A stretch of 64,000 nucleotides of DNA from the human T2T-CHM13v2.0 reference genome, Homo sapiens. The position numbers and the translations under genes are program-made. The notes under the pieces were generated by a model. It was not told the DNA's origin and ran no database searches. It was given only the letters and a program-made list of their open reading frames with translations. Where the stretch lies: assembly GCF_009914755.1 (NCBI RefSeq), contig NC_060940.1; one strand, given 5' to 3'. Of the stretch, positions 48,051 through 64,000 are shown piece by piece (positions within the stretch are counted from its first letter, which is position 1; every line of letters starts with the position of its first letter).

Positions 48051-48936
48051 TTAGCCAGGCATGGTGGCATGCACCTGTAGTCCCAGCTACTCGGGCTGAG
48101 GTAGAAGGTTCACTTAAGCCCAGGAGGTCGAGGCTGCAACGAGCTATGATTGCACCACTACACTCCAGCCTGGGTGACAGAGCGAGACTCTGTCTCAAAA
48201 AAGAAAAAAAAAAAAAAAAGAAAAGAAAAGAAAGAAAGAAGGAAAGAAAAAAAAAACTATATGGTTATTCCACATGAGTAAAAAGAAATTAAAAGAGGCA
48301 AAACACACTTTGCAAATAAATGGATTCCAGAGTCAATTAAGAAAAAGCCAAACGAACTAGCTCCAGAAATGCTTTCCTGGACCAAAAACGTTGGGAAAAT
48401 GTGCAGCTTTACATCCGATAACACCAGGGCATGTGTGTAATGTTGTTTCTGAAAGCTTAGCTAAAATAATGAAACCCTTCAGCATTTGGAAAAACAAGAA
48501 AAGCATGCTTAACCAAAGATGTTGATATTATGTTTCCTGATAAAAGAGATCATGTTTTTTAAAGGATTTTGGTAACAGGTTACTTTTTTTCTGAATTGGC
48601 TTTGTCACTAAAATGTCTGGTTATCACTGACCTACAAAAAAAGGCATTCTTCAGATAATCCTTGATAGTATTGTTGCTCTCACCACACTTTCCAAAGGTG
48701 CTGACCAGAGGGAGCAGAAGACTGTTTCACAGCTCAAGCACACAGCCGCACGCGCTCCACACCAGCGAAGCCCAGCAGTGCCGCATCTCATCGTGAAAAG
48801 AGGAAGCCAGAAGCTGGGAGTCACTCCACTTCTGGTCAGGGCTGTTCTGTGGAATATACTGTGGGCAGGGCCACATGTCTCCTCGAAAAATAATCTGGGC
48901 TGTCTGTCCTCATGCACACCAGAATGGGTGCCATGA

Positions 48937-49394
<458 letters not shown>

Positions 49395-49971
49395 TAGCTA
49401 GGATTACAGGTGTCCACCACCATGCCCGGCTAATTTTTTTGTATTTTTAATAGCGATGGGGTTTCGCCATGTTGGGCAGGCTGGTCTCCAACTCCTGACC
49501 TCAGGTGATCTGTCCGCCTCAGCCTCCCAAAGTGCTGGGATTATAGGCGTGAGCCACCACACCCAGCTGGTGTATAAAACTCTTAAAGCACGTGTCACTC
49601 CTTTTGGAGTGCCTGCTAAAATACAGAATACTTAGCTCAGTCTGAATTTGAGATAAACGATTTTTTTTTTTTTTTACTATAACTAGGTCTCAGGAAATAC
49701 TTGAGTTATATTGAAAATTATTTGTCGGGCCAAGTGAAGTGGCTCACACCTGTAATCCCAGCACTTTGGGAGGCTGAGGCAGGTGGACTGCTTGAGCTCA
49801 GGAGTTTAAGATCAGCCTGGGCAATATAGTGAGACCCCATCTCTACAAAGAGTTTTTTAAAAAATTAGCTGGATGTGGGCCAGGCGTGGTGGCTCAAGCC
49901 TGTGGTCCCAGCACTTTGGGAGGCTGAGGCGGGCGGATCACGAGGTCAGGAGATTGAGACCATCCTGGCTA

Positions 49972-50538
<567 letters not shown>

Positions 50539-50818
50539 TTATTTGCTAAATCTGGTTGGGAGTGGTGGCTCATGCCTATAATCCCAGCACTTCAGGAGGC
50601 TGAGGTGTGAGGATTACTTGAGTCTAGGAGTTCGAGACCAGCCTGGGCAACGTAACATAGACCCCGTTTGTACAAAATTTTTTTGTAAAATAAAAAAGGA
50701 GTAAAATAAAATTTTTTGCTAAACCTGGCAACCCTGTTCCCTATTCCATAATATTATCTTGCTAAGTCACTATATTGTTGCATATCTGCTTGGAAGAAAT
50801 AACTTTTTTTTTTTTTGA

Positions 50819-51097
<279 letters not shown>

Positions 51098-52667
51098 TGA
51101 ACTCCTGACCTCAGGAGATCTGCCCGCCTTGGCCTCCCAAAGTGTTGGGATTACAAACATGAGCCACTTCGCCTGGCCAGAAATAACTTGTTCTCAGAAA
51201 AAACTTGGAGTTAGAATGTTATTCTATGAGGGACCCTCTGAGTGGGAATATTTGAGAGACTTGATAAAATTGGGAACATGTTGTGTGTTGACTCCACGCT
51301 TGACTGATATGATCAAGACATCCCCTTGGTGCTTCCTCTCGTGGCAAGAAGAGTAACTGCTCCTTCAATTTCACTCCCAGACTCTGCCCCCACCTCCCCA
51401 CCCACCTCTTGGTCTCCAGGGACCATGCTGGTACCCTGAGCCTGTCGGAGCCAGAGATTGCCCCAGGACTCAGCGCTTTAGCCTCAAATGAGTTGCCCTA
51501 CTTCAAAGGGACCTCACTTTGTGAGATGCACTGTATAGAATTTTTTTTTTTTTTTGAGATGGAGTCTCGCTGTGTCGCCCAGGCTGGAGTGCAATGGCAT
51601 GATCTCAGCTCACCGCAACCTCTGCCTCCCGGGTTCAAGTGATTCTTGCCCCAGCCTCCCGAGTAGCTGGGATTACAGGCATGTGCCACCACGCCCAGCT
51701 AATTTTGTATTTTTTAGCAGAGACAGGGGTTCTCCATGTTGGCCAGGTTGGTCTCGAACTCCCAACCTCAGGTGATCCGCCCACCTTGGCCTCCCAAAGC
51801 GCTGGGATTACAGGTGTGAGCCACCGTGCCTGGCCCTAATTTTTGTATTTTTAGTAGAGACGGGGTTTCACTATGTTGGCCAGGCTGGTCTTGAACTATT
51901 GAGCTCAGGTTATCCACCTGCCTCAGCCTCCCAAAGTGCTGGGATGACAGGCATGAGCCACCGTGCCTGGCCATTGTATGCAATTTGGAGGGTGGTTCCT
52001 GAGACACAGAGAGAACAATCCGAGTTGGAGTCTGAGGAGGTGGCAGCTCATTGCTGGGAGAGAGACGTCCTCCTGCTTCTGAGGGGAGCAGTTTTGGGGT
52101 GCTCCTGCATAAACTGTATGGGGTCCGGGAGAGCTCTTGGGGGCAAGAGAGGAGGTCAGGATGGGATGGGGGTGAGGGCGAGGTTTTTGAGTCATGGCTG
52201 GAGGCAACAAGGCTTATGGCCCTGACTTGGAGGCCTGAGCACAGCGAGCTTTCTGAACCCCTCTGGAAAACAAAGGAGGTGGGGTGTTGCAGGACCTCAG
52301 GTACTCAAGCTGAGCAGCCATTTCTCCTGCAGGTTGTTTGTATTTTCTGAATTCTGAACATCTGAAACGAGAATGCGTATGAGAGGGGAAGCTGTTTAGA
52401 TAATGAAAACCCATTGAGATTAGTTTAATCAAACACACAGGGACACGGACAGGCGTGGTGGCTCACGCCTGTAATCCCAACAGTTTGGGAGGCTGAGGTG
52501 GGTGATCATCTGAGGTCAGGAGTTTGAAACCAGACTGGCCAATATGGTGAAACCCTGTCTCTACTTAAAAAAAAGTACAAAAAATTAGCAGGGAGTGGTG
52601 GCTCACGCCTGTAATCCCAGCACTTTGGGAGGCCGAGGCGGGTGGATTGCCTGAGGTCTGGAGTTCA

Positions 52668-52868
<201 letters not shown>

Positions 52869-52885
52869 CTAGATGAGGTGGCTCA

Positions 52886-53988
<1,103 letters not shown>

Positions 53989-54542
53989 TAATTTTGTATT
54001 TTCAGTAATTCTGTATTTTAGTAATGTAGTATTTCGTATTTTAGTAATTTTGTATTTTAGCCTCCAGAGTAGCTGGGACTACTTGGATGCCACCACGCCC
54101 AGCTAGGTTTTTACATTTTTTGTAGAGATGGGGGTCTTGCTATGTTGCTGAGGCTGGTCTTGAACTCCTGGCCTCAAGGAATCCTCCCACCTTTGCCTCC
54201 TGAAGTGTTGGGATTACAGGCGTGAGCCACTGCTTCCAGCCATTGGTAAATTTCGCACAATTTTTGTACTGGCCCAGAGAGTTTTGCATATCGTCAGCCA
54301 CAGAAAAAGTAGCAAGTAACAATTATGTTACACAAACAGCCACATAATTGTCCCTGGTAGACTAAAGTAAACCATATCTGTTTCTCCAATTTTACACTCT
54401 TTCATGGTTAGGTTTTTTGGCGATCCGATAATGTGTTTCTTCTTCTGCCACCACGGAGAAAAAACACATATTCACCTAAAAATACTAAAGTCAAATTTAC
54501 TAATAAAAATGTCTTCCTATTTCGATACGCATCATCAGGTTA

Positions 54543-55206
<664 letters not shown>

Positions 55207-55723
55207 TCATGCCTGTAATCCCAGCACTTCAGGAGGCTGATGCATGAGGATTGCTTGAGTCTGGGAGTTCCAGACCAGCCTGGGCAACACAGCAAGACCG
55301 TCTCTATAAAACAAACAAACAGACCCCTTCTCAAATGAGAAGGAAATCTTCCAGCTTTATTACATAATGTTTTCCCACAGCCTTTTTATTTTAATTATTA
55401 TTTTTAAAATCGGGGGCAAGATGGTCTCACTATGTTGCCCAGGCTCATCTCCAAGTCCTGGGCTCAAGCCATCCTCCCACCTCAGCTTTCTAATTTGCTG
55501 GGATTACAGGCATGCACCACCATGCTCAGCATCTTGTTAATTTTTTTTTTTTTTTGAGATGGAGTTTCACTCATTGCCCAGGCTGGCGTGCAATGGAGCA
55601 TTCTCAGCTCACTGAAACCTCTGCCTCCAGGGTTCAAGCGATTCTCCTGCCTCAGCCTCCTGAGGAGCTGGGATTACAAGCACCTGCCACCACACATGGC
55701 TAATTTTTTTGTATTTTTAGTAG

Positions 55724-55981
<258 letters not shown>

Positions 55982-56160
55982 TAATTTTGTAGGCAAAACT
56001 TTCCAAAATAATTTCTTATGAAGTTTCCACTAAAGAAAGAAAACAGTTGCTAAATTCTATGGTTTCTAAACAGCTAATAGACAGGCGCCTTAGGGCAAAA
56101 TTCTTACTTTCCTTCTTTCTTTTTTCACCATGCAAGCTGGTGCTGAGGGCAAAATTCTTA

Positions 56161-56299
56161 TTTATTTATACTTTAAGTTCTGGGGTACATGTGCAGAACG
56201 TGCAGGTTTGTCACATAGGTATACATGTGCCCTGGTGGTTTGCTGCACGCATCAACCCGTCATCTACATTAGTTATTTCTCCTAATGCCATCCCTCCCC
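56161..56299 (-). mobile_element. L1PA 3'-end fragment
   Basis: tatactttaagttctggggtacatgtgcagaacgtgcaggtttg...tctcctaatgccatccctcccc is the reverse complement of the primate L1 3' end. Confidence 0.9.
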
Positions 56300-56814
56300 A
56301 AAATGCTTTTTTTTTTTCTTTGAGACAAGGTCTCTCTGTGTTGCCCAGGCTGGAGTGCAGTGGCGCGATCATGGCCCACTGCAGCCTTGACCTCCTGGGC
56401 TCAGATAATCCTCTCACCTCAGCTTCTCGAGTAGCTGGGACTAAAGGTGCACACCACTGCACCCGGCAAATTTTTGTATTTTTTGTAGAGACAGCATCTC
56501 ACGATGTTGCCCATGCTGGTCTCAAACTCCTGGCCTCAAGTGCTGAGATTACAGGTGTGAGCCACCTCACCTGGCCACAATATTCTTTCACACACACATG
56601 CACGCACGCATGTACACACGCGCACACACACACACACACCAATAAACACAACAAGAAAACTGCTTAGTTGGAAACAAAAATCAATCTTGGAAATTCCAAG
56701 AGATGTCCTTCCACGGGTGTGTGTGTGTATGTGTGTGTGTGTGTGTGTGTCTGTGCATTCTTGGTCTAGCCTGGCCAGGATCATCTTGGCGACCCACCAG
56801 ACTTTGAAGACTTA

Positions 56815-57439
<625 letters not shown>

Positions 57440-57583
57440 TAGCTCCTAGAAAATTTAAAATTATGGCCGGGCGCGGTGGCTTATGCTTATAATCCCAGCA
57501 CTTTGGGAGGCCGAGGCGGGCGGATCACAAGGTCAGGAGTTCGAAACCAGCCTGGCCAACATCGTGAAACCCCATGTCTACTA

Positions 57584-58429
<846 letters not shown>

Positions 58430-58443
58430 CTAAATATAAATAA

Positions 58444-58661
<218 letters not shown>

Positions 58662-59097
58662 TAGTCTCGAACTCCTGACCTTGTGATCCGCCTGCCTCAG
58701 CCTCCAAAAGTGCTGGGATTACAGGTGTGAGCCACTGCGCCTGGCCAAATGTGTGTAATTTTTTTTTAGCTGTCCCACAGAGAAAGAACTCTTCTCAGTA
58801 GTTTTACATGTATCTTCCTGGAAATATTTGCAAATTAATCTGAAAAAAAGTATACATACATATTTGGCATATTAGGGTTTAAATCACCTTGCAGGGTCAA
58901 ACATAAACAAGTTTCTTCTTCTTTTTTTTTTCTTTGAAACAGAGTCTCTCTCTGTCGCCCAGGCTGAAGTGGCGCAATCACGACTCACTGCAGCCTTGAA
59001 CTCCTGGGCTTAAATGATCCTCCCTCCTCAGCCTCCCCAGTAGCTGGGACTACCGGCATGTACCACCATGCCTGGCTAATTTTTTTTTTTTTTTTGA

Positions 59098-59241
<144 letters not shown>

Positions 59242-59669
59242 TAAATTTTGTATTTTTTTTAATAGAGACGGGGTTTCTCCATGTTGGTTAGGCTGGTCTC
59301 CAACTCCCGACCTCAGGTGATCCTCCCGCCTCGGCCTTCCAAAGTGATGGGATTACAGGCGTGAGCCACCACGCCCGGCCTAATTTTTTAAAGTTTTTGT
59401 AGAAACTGGGTCTGGCTATGTTGCCCAGGCTGATCTCGAACTCCTGGGCTCAAGTGATCTTCCAACCTTGGCCTCCCAGAGTGCTGGGATTACAGGTGTG
59501 AGCCACTGAGCTTGGCCTTAAGCATAAAGAAGTTTCTTCGTTCTTTTGCGTATTTGTTCAGAAGCCCCTGTACTGATACCCTCTCTCACTCTTCTCCCTT
59601 TTCCTATTTAGAGCTAGAGAATCTGTAGCCCAGAGTCCTTGAAAAAGGCAAATGATATGGAATTGTTAA

Positions 59670-59810
<141 letters not shown>

Positions 59811-59985
59811 TAGCTGGGATCACAGGCGCCTGCCACCATGCCCAGCTAACATTTTGTATTTTTAGTAGAGACAGGATTTTGCTATGTTGGCCAGGCTGGT
59901 CTCAAACTCCTGACCTCAGGTGATCTGCTTGCCTCGGCATGCCAAAGTGCTGGGACTACAGCGTGAGCCACCATGCCCGGCCTAA

Positions 59986-60191
<206 letters not shown>

Positions 60192-60222
60192 TAGTCAGGC
60201 TGGTCTCGAACTCCTGACCTCA

Positions 60223-60360
<138 letters not shown>

Positions 60361-60648
60361 TCACTACAGCCTTGACCTCCTGGGCTCAAGTGATATCCCC
60401 CACCATTTCAGCCTCCCAAAGCTCTGGGATGACAGGTGTCAGCCACTGTGCCTGGCCACACTGCATTTTTGCAAACCAGGTACCAGGACGCTCAATTTGT
60501 TTCCCTGGGACCTTTAACCTGTTTGGAAATAGACCTGGCACAATGATTGGTCAATTTCCCATCTATCACTGTGACTATTGCATACCTTGCCCCAGGCCCT
60601 TTTCCTGCCTCCAGGAGGACTTTCTGCAGTTTTCCCTCAGACCCAGCA

Positions 60649-61672
60649 CTGTGTTGCCCTTTTCATTTTTTTTTTTTTTTTTTTTTTAGTGTTTAACCTC
60701 GTTTTTAAGTTCATACTAAGGTACAAATGGCTTCTTCCTTCTTTGTTTTTGCTTTTTTTTTTTTTTATTGATCATTCTTGGGTGTTTCTCACAGAGGGGG
60801 ATTTGGCAGGCCGCCATCCCACCTAGGAAGTGAGGAGCGCCTCTTCCCCGCCGCCATCCCATCTAGGAAGTGAGGAGCGTCTCTGCCTGGCCGCCCATCG
60901 TCTGAGATGTGGGGAGCGCCTCTGCCCCGCCGCCCCGTCTGGGAGGTGAGGAGCGTCTCTGCCCGGCCGCCCCTTCTGAGAAGTGAGGAGACCCTCCGCC
61001 AGGCAACCGCCCCGTCTGAGAAGTGAGGAGCCCCTCCGCCCGGCTGCCACCCCGTCTGGGAAGTGAGGAGCGTCTCCGCCCGGCAGCCACCCCGTCCGGG
61101 AGGGAGGTGGGGGTCAGCCCCCCGCCCGGCCAGCCGCCCCGTCCGGGAGGTGAGGGGCACCTCTGCCCGGCCGCCCCTACTGGGAAGTGAGGAGCCCCTC
61201 TGCCCGGCCACCACCCCATCTGGGAGGTGTACCCAACAGCTCGTTGAGAACGGGCCATGATGACAGTGGCGGTTTTGTGGAATAGAAAAGGGGGAAAGGT
61301 GGGGAAAAGATTGAGAAATCGGATGGTTGCTGTGTCTGTGTAGAAAGAAGTAGACATGGGAGACTTTTCATTTTGTTCTGTACTAAGAAAGATTCTTCTG
61401 CCTTGGGATCCTGTTGATCTGTGACCTTACCCCCAACCCTGTGCTCTCTGAAACATGTGCTGTGTCCACTCAGGGTTAAATGGATTAAGGGCGGTGCAAG
61501 ATGTGCTTTGTTAAACAGATGCTTGAAGGCAGCATGCTCGTTAAGAGTCATCACCACTCCCTAATCTCAAGTACCCAGGGACACAAACACTCTGCCTAGG
61601 AAAACCAGAGACCTTTGTTCACTTGTTTATCTGCTGACCTTCCCTCCACTATTGTCCTGTGTTGCTCTTTTC
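60649..61672 (-). mobile_element. SVA retrotransposon, 5'-truncated, 5'-inverted, with 3' transduction
   Basis: SVA terminal 44 nt with AATAAA and poly(A) on minus (60753-60810). VNTR plus SINE-R in the opposite orientation (60811-61658). Second poly(T) at 60666-60687. TSD ctgtgttgc(c/t)cttttc at 60649-60664 and 61657-61672. Confidence 0.92.
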
Positions 61673-61974
61673 TAGTTGGTCCAAGCAGGTCTTTTCTTAG
61701 CACAGGCCAATTATCTGCCCAGCATTTACTTTCCCAGTCTGTGTACCATGACAACCTCTCCTAGAGACACAAAATCTGAGTGGGCCCCATGCAGACAGGG
61801 GCACTTCCTGTCCTGGGCACTGCCCAAGGAGATAATAAAGCAATTATTTCTTGCTTGAAGCAGTACATCTTGAAGGACGAGTGAGAGAGAAAAGGTCATT
61901 TATTCATGCCTACTATGTTCTAGGCCCAGTTAAGGGTATTTGCAGATGGAAATGTCATTTAATATTCCCAGTAG

Positions 61975-62243
<269 letters not shown>

Positions 62244-62602
62244 TGATTAGAGGTGTGAGCAATCCCAAGCCTGTTGTTTTGAGTGATGTGAAATAGCAGG
62301 TTGTCTCATACCTCAGTGCCTCTGCTTAGGAATGTGACCGTTTCGTCCTGCATGAAATCCTCTGTTCAGAGCTGAAATGGGGCTGAGTAAAATTCAGCTC
62401 CTGCTCTCCTCCCCAAGTCTTCGGCCTTGGGGGGCAGAGTTGGGCGGGGGGTGGGTTTCTGCCTGGAGGAAGGGATGCCTTTTCCTAATTTGCACAAAGA
62501 TGTGCAGCAGGCTAGAGGTGGGGCCTGGGTCTGGCCCCAGCCATCTCTCACCATCCCTCCACCCTGTTCCCCAGGCCAGAGTGCTCCTGAGGGGAGGGCC
62601 TT

Positions 62603-62661
62603 GCCTGCTCTTCCTCCCTTGCCCTTCTACACGCCTGCTCTTCCTCCCTTGCCCTTCTACA
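62603..62661. repeat. 30-bp-period tandem duplication
   Basis: gcctgctcttcctcccttgcccttctaca at 62603-62631 and 62633-62661, identical. Confidence 0.95.
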
Positions 62662-63050
62662 GGGACCCAGCTAGGGCAGTGGCACACGTCTGTGGTCCCA
62701 GCGCTTTGGGAGGCTGAGGTGGGAGAACTGCTTGAGGCCAGGAGTTCGAGGTTAGAGTGAGCTATGATTGCACCATTGCACTCAAGAAGCCTGGGCAACA
62801 GAACGAGGTCCTGTCTCTAAAATATAAATACATACAAGAACCCAGCTAAAGTGCCTGGCCAGGACAGGCTCTGGGTCAAGCTTGCTCTCTTCTGTTCGTA
62901 CAGTTTTTGTACTGAGAAATGCTTCATTCGTTCAGTTGAAATGTCAACTCCTCGCTGGGCACAGTTGCTCATGCCTGTAATACCAGCACTTTGGGAGGTT
63001 GAGGCAGGAGGATTGCTTGAGCCCAGGAGTTTAAGACCAGCCTGGGCAAT

Positions 63051-64000
63051 TGTAGGGACCAGCCCCACAGGGTCGGTGGGCTTCTCCCTGTGTGCGGTGA
63101 CCAGAGAGTGTAGAAATAAAAGACACAAGACTAAGAGATAGAAGAAAAGACAGCTGGGCCCGGCGGACCACTACGACGAATGCGTGGAGACCGGTAGTGG
63201 CCCCGAATGTCTAGCTGTGCTGTTATTTATTGGATACAAAGCAAAAGGGGCAGGGTAAAGAGTGTGAGTCATCTCCAATGATAGGTAAGGTCTTGTGTCC
63301 ACTGGAAAGGGGGCCCTTCCTTCCCTGCCTGGCAGCCGAGGCAGAGAGAGAGAGAAGACAAAGAGAAAGACAGCTTACACCATTATTTCTGCATATCAGA
63401 GACTTTTAGTACTTTCACTAATTTACTACTGCTATCTAGAAGGCAGAGCCAGGTGTACAGGATGGAACATGAAGGCAGACTAGGAGCATGACCACTGAAG
63501 CACAGCATCACAGGTAGATGGTTAGGCCTCCGGATAACTGCGGGCGAGCCTGACTGATGTCAGGCCCTCCACAGGAGGTGGAGGCGCAGAGTCTTCTCTA
63601 AACTCCCCCAGAGAAAAGGAGACTCTTTTTCCCGGTCTGCTAAGCAGCGGGTGTTGTTCCTTGACACTTTTCGCTACCGCTAGACCACGGTCCACTTGGC
63701 AATGGGCGTCTTCCCAGACGCTGGGGTCACCGCTAGACCAAGGAGCCCTTCTGGTGGCCCTGTCTGGGCATAACAGAAGGCTCGCACTCTTGTCTTCTGG
63801 TCACTTCTCACTGTGTCCCCTCAGCTCCTATCTCTGTATGGCCTGGTTTCTCCTAGGTTATGATTATACAGCGAGGATTATTATAATATTGGAATAATGA
63901 GTAATTGCTACAAACTAATGATTAATGATATTCATATATAATCATATCTAAGATCTATATCTGGTATAACTATTCTTGTCTTATATTTTTTTATACTGGA
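63051..64000 (-). mobile_element. MER11-family LTR (HERV-K11/HML-8), continues past the window end
   Basis: Begins tgtagggaccagccccacagggtcggtggg, the reverse of the recalled MER11 3' end. Contains the characteristic atgattaatgatattcatatataatcatatctaagatctatatctggtataac block. Interrupts an Alu at ~62955-63050. Confidence 0.8.

Noticed and set aside
60789-61557. Repetitive ORFs over the SVA
   Set aside because: Products of the SVA VNTR and SINE-R, not genes.

Overview
Mammalian genomic DNA, primate by its Alu and SVA content. Gene content matches what I recall of human 16p11.2. Four complete multi-exon genes can be spliced by hand at GT-AG boundaries: BCKDK (+, 11 coding exons, 412 aa), KAT8/MOF (+, 11 exons, 458 aa), PRSS8/prostasin (-, 6 exons, 343 aa) and PRSS36/polyserase-2 (-, 15 exons, 855 aa). 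KAT8 and PRSS8 converge, with polyA signals about 100 bp apart. The last ~22 kb is an extremely Alu-dense intergenic region. It holds an Alu-interrupted RPL38 retrocopy, a short FLNB C-terminal retrocopy, an SVA with both a twin-priming inversion and an apparent 3' transduction, and a MER11 LTR running off the window end. I found no new multi-gene system. The most notable sub-gene signals are the SVA architecture, a 50-bp ectopic copy of the KAT8 exon-2 branch-point region next to an AATAAA, a dense same-orientation nuclear-receptor half-site array in PRSS8 intron 3, a GPI-like tail on PRSS36 and a BCKDK uORF. Repeat family names come from recalled consensus sequences, not a database search.
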